Source: Candidatus Magasanikiibacteriota bacterium (GTDB taxonomy: Bacteria; Patescibacteriota; Patescibacteriia; Magasanikbacterales; UBA922). From it: a stretch of DNA of 51,186 nucleotides. The position numbers and the translations under genes were made by a program. Numbering within the stretch: position 1 is the first letter of the stretch; each line of letters begins with the position of its first letter. The DNA lies in assembly GCA_018650645.1 (NCBI GenBank), contig JABIFP010000003.1:1-51186 (forward strand). The letters run 5' to 3'. Shown piece by piece: positions 9,936 to 19,049 of the stretch. The notes under the pieces are model-generated. The model had not been told where the DNA came from. It did not search any database and worked only from the letters and a program-made list of their open reading frames with translations.

Positions 9936-10006
9936 CAGGCGTGGAGGGAATCGAACCCCCGCAAGAGGTTTTGGAGACCCCTGTACTGCCACTATACGAC
10001 ACGCCC
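9936..10006 (-). tRNA. tRNA-Trp (CCA), CCA end not encoded
   Basis: GGGCGTG..GGGGT CTCCAAA ACCTC..GGTTCGATTCC..CACGCCT G. Confidence 0.95.
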
Positions 10007-10058
10007 ATTGTGTGCACCATTATATCGCACCATAAGGTCTTTGACAAGACCTAAAGCA

Positions 10059-10079
10059 AAAAGCGCCTAAGGCGCTTTT
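10059..10079 (-). terminator. Terminator after rpmG
   Basis: aaaagcgcct-a-aggcgctttt. Confidence 0.7.
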
Positions 10080-10083
10080 ATGC

Positions 10084-10260
10084 TTATTTTGTTTCTTTAT
10101 GCATGGTGTGAACACCCTTCTTTCCAGTTTCTTCTTTCACGCAGTGTTTGCAGTACTTATTCTTTTCCAAACGATCCTTCAAACGAGGATTCTTTTGGTC
10201 ATGATAGTTGATTTGCTTACACGCTGTGCATTGCATTTTGATGCGTCTATCTTGTGACAT
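10084..10260 (-). CDS. rpmG: 50S ribosomal protein L33 (58 aa, zinc-type)
   Basis: Not in ORF track. MSQDRRIKMQCTACKQINYH..KN..RLEKNKYCKHC..HTMHKETK. Confidence 0.93.
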   Translation of the reverse strand: MSQDRRIKMQCTACKQINYHDQKNPRLKDRLEKNKYCKHCVKEETGKKGVHTMHKETK

Positions 10261-10295
10261 ACGGCCATTATTAGTGGAACTATTTTCGTAGCGAA

Positions 10296-10324
10296 ATTAT
10301 ATCGAACTTTTGCCAATCCGTCAA
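10296..10324 (-). promoter_or_regulatory. sigma70 promoter of rpmG
   Basis: TTGACG-17nt-TATAAT. Confidence 0.75.
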
Positions 10325-10349
10325 GCCCTATGCTGTGAATATTTTTGGC

Positions 10350-10952
10350 TTATCTTAGCCAATTATTGATTTGTTTCCAGTCAAAAATCGCTTTTTCTGT
10401 GCATGCCTGTGCATGATTATGGAGATATGCATGCATTGCTTCCCTATCTTCTAGTGAAATATCGGTTCCGATTTGCCCTTGAGTATATATCGTGATCAAT
10501 GAATCGTCCTTAAGCGGATACCCCATATGTGCGAGTAAAAATACCATGAGTACATCAATCCACCAAATGCTCTCTTCTTCTAATACCGCTTCAATCCGTA
10601 TAATCCAGGCCACAACCGTTTTATATAGTACCGTATCATGAGTGTCATTCTCTAATAGAAGCGAATGTAGTAGCTTCATGCCCGTTTTAAGCATAAGCAG
10701 CTGTGCCTCTGTATACCCTGCAAAGGCCATTTCTGGCTGTACACTGGTTGCATACCCCTGCTGCTTGCCTGGCGCTATACCTAATGAAATAACGCTCCCA
10801 GGCTCTAAATGGGGCGCATTCTTGCTTGTACTCTTTTTACTTCCCTTTGCTATCACAATCTGCTTTCCCCGCTCCTCGGTAAGTAAAGAAATTCTTTCAT
10901 CAACCTCTCTATGGTTTGTCCGCGCAAGCACTACTGCTCGAGTAAACATCAT
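10350..10952 (-). CDS. recO: DNA repair protein RecO
   Basis: AVVLARTNHREVDERISLLTEERGK..AKGSKK.SK.APHLEP. Confidence 0.85.
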   Translation of the reverse strand: MMFTRAVVLARTNHREVDERISLLTEERGKQIVIAKGSKKSTSKNAPHLEPGSVISLGIAPGKQQGYATSVQPEMAFAGYTEAQLLMLKTGMKLLHSLLLENDTHDTVLYKTVVAWIIRIEAVLEEESIWWIDVLMVFLLAHMGYPLKDDSLITIYTQGQIGTDISLEDREAMHAYLHNHAQACTEKAIFDWKQINNWLR

Positions 10953-11338
10953 AGGGCGCCATACATCTTGAAAGATTCCAAAATCACCATTGCGGCTTTC
11001 TCGTCTCTACTCACTTCCCCACCCATTTCATCTGCAGCTTGAGAACTGAGTCGCTCATCAGTAAAAACGATTGGTACATCTACTGTACTCTCTAGCTGTT
11101 TTACAAATTCACGGATTCTTTTTGTATGATGATTTTCTGATCCATCATCTAATGTCAGCGGTAATCCAAATACCACTTTATTTATGCCCTCTTCTTTTAT
11201 TAAAGAAGAAAGTTTATGTACCTGCTCTGCTTTTGTTTTTGCGCTGATAATGCCATATGGTAACACAACATCGAGGCCTTCCTGATACCAGGCCATACCA
11301 ATGGTTCGCTGTCCGTAATCAATCGCAAGTACATTCAT
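10949..11338 (-). CDS. ruvX: YqgF/RuvX family nuclease
   Basis: LAIDYG..IGMA, VFGLP, DERLSS, DEKAAMVILE. Confidence 0.92.
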   Translation of the reverse strand: MNVLAIDYGQRTIGMAWYQEGLDVVLPYGIISAKTKAEQVHKLSSLIKEEGINKVVFGLPLTLDDGSENHHTKRIREFVKQLESTVDVPIVFTDERLSSQAADEMGGEVSRDEKAAMVILESFKMYGAL

Positions 11339-11339
11339 A

Positions 11340-12155
11340 TTAGATTTTTTCTGACGGTCTTTTTGTTACCACTTCTGGTCCATCTACAGTCAAAATAATA
11401 GTGTGTTCAAAATGCGCGTTCAGACTTCCGTCTTCCGTAACAATAGTCCATCCGTCTTCTTTTACATCCACTTCGTCTCCACCTAACGTAATCATCGGTT
11501 CAAGTGCAAGAACCATTCCTTCTTCTAATTTGATTCTACCAAGTGCCGGTTCGTCAAAATTCGGTACTGAGGGTTCTTCGTGTACTGCATGCCCAACTCC
11601 ATGCCCAGTTAATGCTCTAATAATACCGTATCCTTGTGGCTTAATATATTTTTCAATCGATTTACCAATATCTCTGACAGAATTTCCAAGTGTGGCAGCT
11701 TCAATCCCCACAAACAATGATTTTCTTGTTGCAATAAGAAGCTGTTTTGTTTTTTCAGGAATGTTTCCTACAGGAACGGTAAGTGCAGTGTCTGTAAAAA
11801 ATCCATTTCCTTTATTTCCCTTGCCACACCCTACTGGCCATTGCATACCAATATCAATACTGAAAATATCTCCATCTTGCAAAATTTTATCGTGACTCGC
11901 AATACCATGAACATTTTCTTCATTTACCGATGCGCAAATAGTACATGGAAATTTTGGATCCTGTTTACTAGAACGATATCCTTTAAACGCAGGTCTTCCA
12001 CCAGCAGCAAGAATAAGCTCCTCTGCTTTTTTATCAATATCAAGTGTGCTCACTCCTGGAGCAGCCATATTCGCAATTGTTTCAAGAACCTCACCAAGAA
12101 TTTTCCCTCCCTTTCTAATGTAGTCGAGTTCTTCTGAACTTTTAATCATTCCCAT
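11340..12155 (-). CDS. map: Methionine aminopeptidase type I
   Basis: CASVNE..VHGI, GHGVG..HEEP, ALEPMI, AHFEHT. Confidence 0.96.
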   Translation of the reverse strand: MGMIKSSEELDYIRKGGKILGEVLETIANMAAPGVSTLDIDKKAEELILAAGGRPAFKGYRSSKQDPKFPCTICASVNEENVHGIASHDKILQDGDIFSIDIGMQWPVGCGKGNKGNGFFTDTALTVPVGNIPEKTKQLLIATRKSLFVGIEAATLGNSVRDIGKSIEKYIKPQGYGIIRALTGHGVGHAVHEEPSVPNFDEPALGRIKLEEGMVLALEPMITLGGDEVDVKEDGWTIVTEDGSLNAHFEHTIILTVDGPEVVTKRPSEKI

Positions 12156-12156
12156 A

Positions 12157-12747
12157 TTATATCTCTAATACTTGATGAATCTGCGCTGTCACTTCTTCAA
12201 TTGGCGGCTGACCATCCACAATCACTAATTTTTCAATCGATTTGTAGTACGCACGAATTGGTGCGAGTGCGGCATTCCCTTGCTGCTCAATACGTTTTTC
12301 AATCACCGCTTCACTCGCATCATCAGCTCTTCCTTCACCTGAGTCAACTCTAGATTGCAGCCGTTCCCGAATAGTATCATCTGTAAGTGCAATTTCAATT
12401 GCTAGCGCTTCTTCTGCAATTCCTTTCTTCTCTGCATATGCGTGATATGCTTCTGCTTGATCTACTGTTCGAATCGCACCATCTAAAACAACTCCTTGTC
12501 CCGCATCAAGAAAGGTATCCATCTGCGCAAAGGCAAGTTTATAAATCAAATCATTAGACACGAGTGCCCCAGATTTCATTGCCTGCAATGTTTTCTTGTC
12601 TTCTGCATCTCCTTCTGGATCCGCATCAAGTGCACGCAATAAATCTCCTGTTGAGATATGTCCGTACGCAAGCTTTTCACACAGCTTTTTTGCCTGTGTA
12701 CCTTTTCCACTTCCAGGTACTCCGAGTAGAATAATCATTTTTTTCAT
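12157..12747 (-). CDS. adk: Adenylate kinase (short LID type)
   Basis: GVPGSGKGTQA, HISTGDLLR, LDGAIRT..QA, GRADD; between secY and map. Confidence 0.9.
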   Translation of the reverse strand: MKKMIILLGVPGSGKGTQAKKLCEKLAYGHISTGDLLRALDADPEGDAEDKKTLQAMKSGALVSNDLIYKLAFAQMDTFLDAGQGVVLDGAIRTVDQAEAYHAYAEKKGIAEEALAIEIALTDDTIRERLQSRVDSGEGRADDASEAVIEKRIEQQGNAALAPIRAYYKSIEKLVIVDGQPPIEEVTAQIHQVLEI

Positions 12748-13058
12748 ACTTTTTTTCCGTATTTATTCGTAAAATATGTCCGCGTTGCACTAAGTACCGC
12801 TTCTTTATCGTTATCACTAATCAAGTGCTTTTTTTCAAGACCATACAGTGCTTCTCTCATGTGTTTCAATGAAATTTTTCCATCCCCCATTCTGGCACGC
12901 TTGATGGTATCAATCATGAGCTGTTTTTCTTTGAGTGTTACGCTTGTGAGTGTTTTAAGACGAATAATTTCATCCATTTCAGCTTCACAAAGTGGCCACT
13001 GCGTTGTTTCAATTGATTTAGGTTGATTGAACCCAAACACGTAAGAAAAGAATCCCAT
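12744..13058 (-). CDS. Hypothetical protein coupled to adk
   Basis: 104-aa ORF with 4-nt overlap onto the adk start, downstream of its own promoter. Confidence 0.7.
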   Translation of the reverse strand: MGFFSYVFGFNQPKSIETTQWPLCEAEMDEIIRLKTLTSVTLKEKQLMIDTIKRARMGDGKISLKHMREALYGLEKKHLISDNDKEAVLSATRTYFTNKYGKKV

Positions 13059-13078
13059 AGAATGCTATTAGTGTCCTC

Positions 13079-13107
13079 ACTATAGCAAAGAAGAATAGCT
13101 TATTCAA
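13079..13107 (-). promoter_or_regulatory. sigma70 promoter for the orf-adk-map-ruvX-recO unit
   Basis: TTGAAT-17nt-TATAGT with extended -10 TG. Confidence 0.6.
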
Positions 13108-13112
13108 GGACT

Positions 13113-13141
13113 AAAAAAACATCTTTAGCAGATGTTTTTTT
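13113..13141 (-). terminator. Terminator after secY
   Basis: aaaaaaacatct-ttagc-agatgttttttt. Confidence 0.75.
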
Positions 13142-13149
13142 ATGTGTGA

Positions 13150-14418
13150 TTATACTTTGTCGTATTCGTGAACGTGTAATTGTGATTCGATTTGCTTTGC
13201 GATATCAATTGCTACAGCTACCACAATAAGGAGTGACGTTCCACCAATTGCAAGTGTCTGTGTTCCTGTCGCAGCTTGCAAGATGAATGGAAGAACAGCA
13301 ATCAATCCAAGGAATGACGCTCCAGAGAACACTAATCGACTCATAACTTTTCCAAGATACAATTCAGTTTCTTTTCCTGGTCTAATTCCAGGAATAAATC
13401 CGCCCTGTCGTTGCAAGTTTTCTGCCATTTTTTGTGGTTGGAAAATTACCGCAGTATAGAAGTAAGTAAATCCAAATACCAAAATGAAGTATGACAGAGA
13501 ATAGAATACTTGGTTGTTAAAGAGTGTAATGGTATACGCAGAAATAGTCGCAAGCGTTCCCGTTCCGTTCACAAAGAGCTGCGCAAGCATCGGTGGAAAT
13601 AGAACCACAGAAATTGCGAAGATAATTGGGATTACACCAGCCGTGTTTACCCGAAGTGGTAATGAAGACTGCGTTCCACCAAAACTTCTTGAACCAATCA
13701 TGCGCTTTGCATAATTCACTGGAATATTTCGTTGTCCTTCATTAATGAAGACAACCGCTACCACAGTCACCAATGCTACTACTGCAAACATGATGTAAAG
13801 CATGAGATCTGCAGGGTTGTAGTTGAGGTATGCTTGTTGCAATGCCCGTGGCAAAGCTGCAATAATACCAGCAAAGATAAGAAGTGAAATACCGTTTCCA
13901 ATACGCTTTTCTGTAATAAGCTCACCAATCCACATAAGGAACACTGTTCCTGCAGTAGTCGTAAGCAGTACATTTACATAAAGCATGGTTGTCATGTTTG
14001 GCAAAATTTGTACCGATGACTGCCCAAGGAGTTGGATAAGTCCAAACGCTTGAAGCATCGCTAGTGGCACTGATACAAGCCGAGTATACATTTGAATTTT
14101 AGCCTGCCCAGATTCACCTTCATTTTTAAGCTCTTCAAGTTGTGGTACAACCATTTGCAAGAGCTGGAAGATAATTGAACTCGTAATGTATGGTGCTACA
14201 CCAAGCATTACTACCGAAAAGTTTTCTAATGTTCCACCAGAAAACACATTCAAAAGACCCAAGATTTGGTTACTTTCTAAAAATGCTCTCAAGTTGTTTA
14301 CATCAATACCCGGTACCGGAATATGAGCTGCAACACGAAACAAGACAAGCATTGAGAGAACAAAGAGAATACTTTTTCGCAAATCCTCTACTCTCCAAAT
14401 TCGACGAAGTAGTTCCAT
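13150..14418 (-). CDS. secY: Preprotein translocase SecY
   Basis: LGVAPYITSSII, WIGELITEKRIGNGISLLIFAGI, GGFIPGIRPG, GGTSLLIVV. Confidence 0.98.
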   Translation of the reverse strand: MELLRRIWRVEDLRKSILFVLSMLVLFRVAAHIPVPGIDVNNLRAFLESNQILGLLNVFSGGTLENFSVVMLGVAPYITSSIIFQLLQMVVPQLEELKNEGESGQAKIQMYTRLVSVPLAMLQAFGLIQLLGQSSVQILPNMTTMLYVNVLLTTTAGTVFLMWIGELITEKRIGNGISLLIFAGIIAALPRALQQAYLNYNPADLMLYIMFAVVALVTVVAVVFINEGQRNIPVNYAKRMIGSRSFGGTQSSLPLRVNTAGVIPIIFAISVVLFPPMLAQLFVNGTGTLATISAYTITLFNNQVFYSLSYFILVFGFTYFYTAVIFQPQKMAENLQRQGGFIPGIRPGKETELYLGKVMSRLVFSGASFLGLIAVLPFILQAATGTQTLAIGGTSLLIVVAVAIDIAKQIESQLHVHEYDKV

Positions 14419-14462
14419 ACGTAATAGGTAAAAACCGAATCATGGTGGATTCGGAGATTAAG

Positions 14463-14906
14463 TTAGAATTGTACGCTGCCGCCCGCTTTTTCAATCGCTG
14501 CAAGAGCACCTTTACTGATAAGACATCCTTTTACTGATACTTTCTTATCAAGTGTTCCTCGGTTAACAATTTTTACCCCTCGCTGTGGCTTTTCAATAAG
14601 CCCGATTCTTGTTAAGAGTGCTGGAGAGATAATATCTCCATTGTTGCACGCTCTTGAGATCATAGCAAGAGTTACTGTTTCTTTCTTTGGGTGGATACTA
14701 TTGAACCCACGCAATTTTGGAATTTTTTGAAGAGCAGCCTTAAACCCTCTTCGCTGTGCTCCACTTTTACCACCAGAACGAGCTTTTTGACCTTTTTGCC
14801 CACGTCCAGCCGTTGTTCCTTTTGTAGAACCATTTCCACGACCAACTCTGCGGCTCGTTTGTTTAGCAGTTCCAGTTGAAGTAATTGTATGTGCTGATAA
14901 TGCCAT
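14463..14906 (-). CDS. rplO: 50S ribosomal protein L15
   Basis: RVGRGNGSTKGTTAGRGQKGQKARSG, PKLRGF. Confidence 0.96.
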   Translation of the reverse strand: MALSAHTITSTGTAKQTSRRVGRGNGSTKGTTAGRGQKGQKARSGGKSGAQRRGFKAALQKIPKLRGFNSIHPKKETVTLAMISRACNNGDIISPALLTRIGLIEKPQRGVKIVNRGTLDKKVSVKGCLISKGALAAIEKAGGSVQF

Positions 14907-14916
14907 ATAATTGATA

Positions 14917-15561
14917 TTATGAAGCTACTTCTGTAACTGTTGATTCTTTTTTCTCAACTTTTTTAGGAGTTGTAACTGGTGCTTTCTTTACTGGCGCCTT
15001 TTTTACGGGTGCTTTCTTTACTGGCTTCTCTGTTACGGCAACTTCTTTTGCTGGTGCTACAGCTTGTTTTTTCTTTGCATATGCAAGTGCTCTTGGAAGA
15101 AACTTTTGCAATGCATCAAATGTTACTTTTGCATTTGTTACTTTATTGTTTGTCTTTCCAAGCATCTTTGCTGATGCGTTTAAAAGACCTGCAAGTTCTA
15201 AAATAGTACGAGTCGCTCCACCTGCAATGATACCAGATCCTTTTGGTGCTGGTTTAATCATTACTTTTGCAGCTTTGTACTTAGCCTCAACTCTGTGAGG
15301 AATTGTTTCATTTACAAATGGAATAGTAAGCATTGTTTTCTTAGCCTGCGCAACTGCTTTTCCTACTGCAATTTGCACATCTTTTCCTTTTGCAACACCA
15401 TATCCAACGCGACCCTTACGATCACCAATAATGATACAAACACGGAAACTCATTTGCTTACCACCTTTTGTCACACGAGTTACACGAGCAAGATCAATAA
15501 TCTGCTGATCAAATTCAGGTTTTTCTCGTTTTTGTTTTGGTCTTCTATTACCCTTTCTCAT
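14917..15561 (-). CDS. rpsE: 30S ribosomal protein S5 with Lys/Ala/Pro-rich C-terminal tail
   Basis: RVTRVTKGGK, KPAPKGSGIIAGG. Confidence 0.97.
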   Translation of the reverse strand: MRKGNRRPKQKREKPEFDQQIIDLARVTRVTKGGKQMSFRVCIIIGDRKGRVGYGVAKGKDVQIAVGKAVAQAKKTMLTIPFVNETIPHRVEAKYKAAKVMIKPAPKGSGIIAGGATRTILELAGLLNASAKMLGKTNNKVTNAKVTFDALQKFLPRALAYAKKKQAVAPAKEVAVTEKPVKKAPVKKAPVKKAPVTTPKKVEKKESTVTEVAS

Positions 15562-15576
15562 ATAGATAGTAGGCTA

Positions 15577-15948
15577 TTAAAATTGCAATCCGCCATCGCG
15601 TGCACCGTCAGCAGCTGCTTTTACGCGGCCGTGAAATGCAAGACCAGAGCGATCAAATACAACTGATGTGACGTTAACGTCTTTAGCTTTTTGTGCGAGT
15701 GCTTTTCCTAACTGATATGCTACCGCAATCTTTCCTTTTCTTTCTCCAGCATCTCCTGAGGCGTCCTTCTTGCTGTTTACACTTGTAAGTGTTTTTCCTG
15801 AGGCATCATCGATAAGTTGAATACTCATTCCGATTAGTGAACGAGAAACACAAATTCGAGGACGTTCTGCAGTTCCAGAAATCTTAGCACGGACGCGCGC
15901 GTGTCTGCGTCGTCTTTGTTGTTCTCTTGTGAGCTTTGATGTTTTCAT
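15577..15948 (-). CDS. rplR: 50S ribosomal protein L18
   Basis: RVRAKISGTAERPR, VVFDRSG..FHGRVKA. Confidence 0.97.
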   Translation of the reverse strand: MKTSKLTREQQRRRRHARVRAKISGTAERPRICVSRSLIGMSIQLIDDASGKTLTSVNSKKDASGDAGERKGKIAVAYQLGKALAQKAKDVNVTSVVFDRSGLAFHGRVKAAADGARDGGLQF

Positions 15949-15968
15949 ATAGACTTTCTATTGCGCGG

Positions 15969-16511
15969 TTATGCTGCTTTCGCAGATTTACCAGCTTTAC
16001 GTCTAATTACTTCTTCCATGTACTTAATACCTTTTCCTTTATATGGTTCAGGTTTTCGAATCGCTCTAATTTCTGACGCAATCTGACCAAGCTTTTCTTT
16101 ATTAGCACTGTTTAAAGTAATAACGTTTTTTTCAACTGAAGCTTTCACTTCTGCTGGCATCGTATAAATAACTGGATGAGAGAATCCAACCTCAATTTTG
16201 AGATCAGTTCCTTGCATTGCTACACGGTATCCTACTCCATTTACTTCAAGTTGTCTTGTAAACCCTTCAGAAACACCAAGCACCATGTTTTTTACATGAG
16301 CAGAGAATGTTCCCCAAAGAGATCGTTCAAATTTTTCTTCTTTGTTTTGTACATCTACGGTCGCAACGCCATCAGCAATATTGATAGTCACCAATTCATG
16401 AACAGGACGAGAGAGATCTCCCTTTGGTCCTTTCACAGCCAAAATGCTATCACTTACTGTCACAGTGACTCCCGTAGGGATTTCAATTGTCTGTTTTCCA
16501 ATACGTGACAT
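15969..16511 (-). CDS. rplF: 50S ribosomal protein L6
   Basis: MSRIGKQ start at 16511; GVGYR, PEPYKGKGIKY. Confidence 0.97.
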   Translation of the reverse strand: MSRIGKQTIEIPTGVTVTVSDSILAVKGPKGDLSRPVHELVTINIADGVATVDVQNKEEKFERSLWGTFSAHVKNMVLGVSEGFTRQLEVNGVGYRVAMQGTDLKIEVGFSHPVIYTMPAEVKASVEKNVITLNSANKEKLGQIASEIRAIRKPEPYKGKGIKYMEEVIRRKAGKSAKAA

Positions 16512-16583
16512 AAAATACGTGTTACCATAGTTCACTGCTAATTGCTCGACAAGACAAGCCCTTAGCAGTGAACTACGACAAAA

Positions 16584-16973
16584 TTAATACACTGAACAAA
16601 TAATTTCACCACCAATTCCCTTTTGACGTGCATCTTTATTCGTCATCAGGCCAGCTGATGTAGAAACTACAGCGATTCCGTAATCGTTCAAGATACGTGG
16701 CATCTCATCAGCCTTGCGGTACATTCTGTGCCCTGGCTTTGATTCGCGCTTGATCTCACGGATGGCTGGTTCTCCATCAGAGTATTTTAGTGATAAAACT
16801 AATGTCGGTGTTGGGTTGTTTTCGTCTTTTACAGCATCAATATAACCTTCTGCATGTAAAAGCTCAGCAATTGCTTTCTTCACTTTAGAAAGTGGCATTG
16901 AGACGCTTGACTTGCGAATCACTTGCGCATTTCTAATGCGAGTAAGCATGTCTGCAATTGGATCTGTCATCAT
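16584..16973 (-). CDS. rpsH: 30S ribosomal protein S8
   Basis: MMTDPIADMLTRIRNA, SKPG.R.Y, GIGGEIIC. Confidence 0.97.
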   Translation of the reverse strand: MMTDPIADMLTRIRNAQVIRKSSVSMPLSKVKKAIAELLHAEGYIDAVKDENNPTPTLVLSLKYSDGEPAIREIKRESKPGHRMYRKADEMPRILNDYGIAVVSTSAGLMTNKDARQKGIGGEIICSVY

Positions 16974-17045
16974 ACCTATATAACTAGTGTTCATGATTCA
17001 TATCTGCATACTGTATATGCACATACGAATCATGAACGAATAATA

Positions 17046-17264
17046 CTACCAACTTGATTTACGTACTCCTGGAAGTTTCGCATCATTTGCGAGTTCCCGG
17101 AAGCAAATACGACATAGTTGAAACCGTCTCATGAACCCTCTTTTACGACCACATTCGATAACGCGACCGTTTTTCTTTGTTACCATGCGTTTGCATCGAG
17201 CAACAGTTCGAGACATGAACTTTGGCTTCCTCTTTGATTTTGCGATTTGTGCAAGTGTTGCCAT
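17046..17264 (-). CDS. rpsN: 30S ribosomal protein S14 (type Z-like, with insertion)
   Basis: MATLAQ..KPKF..RC...CGRKRG..RRFQLCRICFRELA..LPGVRKSSW. Confidence 0.95.
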   Translation of the reverse strand: MATLAQIAKSKRKPKFMSRTVARCKRMVTKKNGRVIECGRKRGFMRRFQLCRICFRELANDAKLPGVRKSSW

Positions 17265-17265
17265 A

Positions 17266-17823
17266 TTACTTAATTTTATCCATATCCTTGAATGGGAATC
17301 CAAGTTTTTTAAGAAGTAGTGCTCCACCCTTCTGATCTTCAGCAGATGTAGTTACTATTACTTGTAAACTGTGGATCTTATCAGCACTATCAGCGCTAAT
17401 TTCAGGGAATGAAATGTTTTCTTTAATTCCTAGAGAATAGTTTCCTTTTCTATCAAAACTTTTCGCACTGATTCCGCGGAAATCTCTTACACGTGGAAGC
17501 GTCAAGTTTACTAATCGATTCAAGAATTCGTACATTGTTGCACCACGAAGTGTAACGCATGCACCAATTTCCATTCCTTCACGTAATTTGAAGTTAGAAA
17601 TTGAAAGTCTCGCTTTCGTTCTCACTGGCTTTTGCCCGGTGATTTGTCGAAGTGTGTTTTCAACATTCTCAATGAATGATTTATCCTTTGAGTGTCGTCC
17701 AAATCCAACGTTGAGGGTTACCTTTTCTACTGCAGGAACATCCATGATGTTTGCAATTCCAAGTTCTTCCTTCAAAGCAGGAGCCACTTCCTTTTTATAT
17801 TTTGTGTATAATACTGGTTCCAT
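17266..17823 (-). CDS. rplE: 50S ribosomal protein L5
   Basis: ITGQKP, SISNFKLREG, LPRVRDFRG, FDRKGNYSLG. Confidence 0.97.
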   Translation of the reverse strand: MEPVLYTKYKKEVAPALKEELGIANIMDVPAVEKVTLNVGFGRHSKDKSFIENVENTLRQITGQKPVRTKARLSISNFKLREGMEIGACVTLRGATMYEFLNRLVNLTLPRVRDFRGISAKSFDRKGNYSLGIKENISFPEISADSADKIHSLQVIVTTSAEDQKGGALLLKKLGFPFKDMDKIK

Positions 17824-17829
17824 ATAATA

Positions 17830-18156
17830 CTAATCAATTAGTTCACCAGTAGTCTTCGCAATCCGCACTTTTTTTGATCCCTCTTTCTTATACCCAACGC
17901 GAGTTGGTTTTTTACCCTTAGGATCAATAAGCATCACATTAGACATATGGATTGGAGCTGGAAGTTCAATAACTTGCCCCTGATATCCACGCTGACGTGA
18001 TTTCATGTGCTTTTTTCGAAGGTTCATTCCATCAACTACCACATAAGACTGGTTTGTCTTTTTGTTTGTGATAATTTGAAGAACTTTACCGGTCTTCCCT
18101 CTCATGTCTTCACGACCTGAAAGGATTTTTACATTGTCACCTGTTTTAATCTTCAT
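17830..18156 (-). CDS. rplX: 50S ribosomal protein L24
   Basis: KIKTGDNV KOW motif, APIHMSNVML. Confidence 0.96.
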   Translation of the reverse strand: MKIKTGDNVKILSGREDMRGKTGKVLQIITNKKTNQSYVVVDGMNLRKKHMKSRQRGYQGQVIELPAPIHMSNVMLIDPKGKKPTRVGYKKEGSKKVRIAKTTGELID

Positions 18157-18160
18157 AGGA

Positions 18161-18532
18161 TTATAATACTTCAGGAGCTAATGATACAATTTTTTGGTAT
18201 CCTCTCCCGCGGAGTTCTCTTGCGATAGGTCCGAAAATACGAGTTCCCTTTGGTTCCTTTGTTTTCTTGTCGATTACTACCGCTGCATTTTCATCGAAAC
18301 GAATATATGTTCCATCTTTACGACGATATTCTTTTCGTTGTCGCACAATTACAGCATGAATCACCTCACCTTTTTTTACAAGGCCACGTGGAGCAGCTTC
18401 TTTAATAGTACAAGTAACGATGTCACCAAGTCGTGCATATCGTTTTTTGTATCCACCAAGAACACGGATCACCATGAGCTTCTTTGCGCCTGAATTGTCT
18501 GCTACCTTGAGCATTGATTGATGTTGGAGCAT
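18161..18532 (-). CDS. rplN: 50S ribosomal protein L14
   Basis: [30 protein letters not shown]. Confidence 0.98.
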   Translation of the reverse strand: MLQHQSMLKVADNSGAKKLMVIRVLGGYKKRYARLGDIVTCTIKEAAPRGLVKKGEVIHAVIVRQRKEYRRKDGTYIRFDENAAVVIDKKTKEPKGTRIFGPIARELRGRGYQKIVSLAPEVL

Positions 18533-18570
18533 ATTCGCTAGTAACGGTTGTTAAGCTTGGGTGCGGTCGT

Positions 18571-18837
18571 TTACACGAGTCGCCATCGTTTTGTTTTACT
18601 AAATGGTCGGCATTCTTGAAATGTGACAGTGTCACCAACAGCTGCCGAGTTCTTTTCATCATGGACAGCATATTTCTTGCTAGTCCAGTATTGTTTCTGA
18701 TATTTACTATGCATTTTTCTTGTTTTCACAAGTACATGAATAGTTTTTTGACCAGGAGCACTTACCACTTCACCGGTAAATTCTCGGTGAATCACCTTCT
18801 TTGGCTCTTGGTTGTTTTCTGTGTTTGTAGTTGCCAT
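18571..18837 (-). CDS. rpsQ: 30S ribosomal protein S17
   Basis: GEVVS..QKTI, HDEKN..VGD, ECRPFSKTKRW. Confidence 0.96.
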   Translation of the reverse strand: MATTNTENNQEPKKVIHREFTGEVVSAPGQKTIHVLVKTRKMHSKYQKQYWTSKKYAVHDEKNSAAVGDTVTFQECRPFSKTKRWRLV

Positions 18838-18846
18838 AGATAGTGG

Positions 18847-19044
18847 TTAGGCTTGTGCCAATTCTGATTGACGTAAGATAGTCAGGATGCGAGCAATGGT
18901 TTTTCTTGCTACTGAAATCTTGTGAATTGTTTTGAGTTGGCCTTCACTTGCTTTGAAGCGAAGTTCTCTCAATTCTTGCCGAGTTTCAGCAAGCAATTCT
19001 CGCAAATCCTGCACTGATTTTTGTTGTAATTCCTGCAGCTCCAT
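18847..19044 (-). CDS. rpmC: 50S ribosomal protein L29
   Basis: ELRELRF..GQLK..HKI..RKTIARILT. Confidence 0.95.
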   Translation of the reverse strand: MELQELQQKSVQDLRELLAETRQELRELRFKASEGQLKTIHKISVARKTIARILTILRQSELAQA

Positions 19045-19049
19045 ATTCG

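Noticed and set aside
9936-10006. Possible UGA recoding (code 25) as in some CPR lineages
   Set aside because: Conserved genes are full length under code 11 with no in-frame TGA
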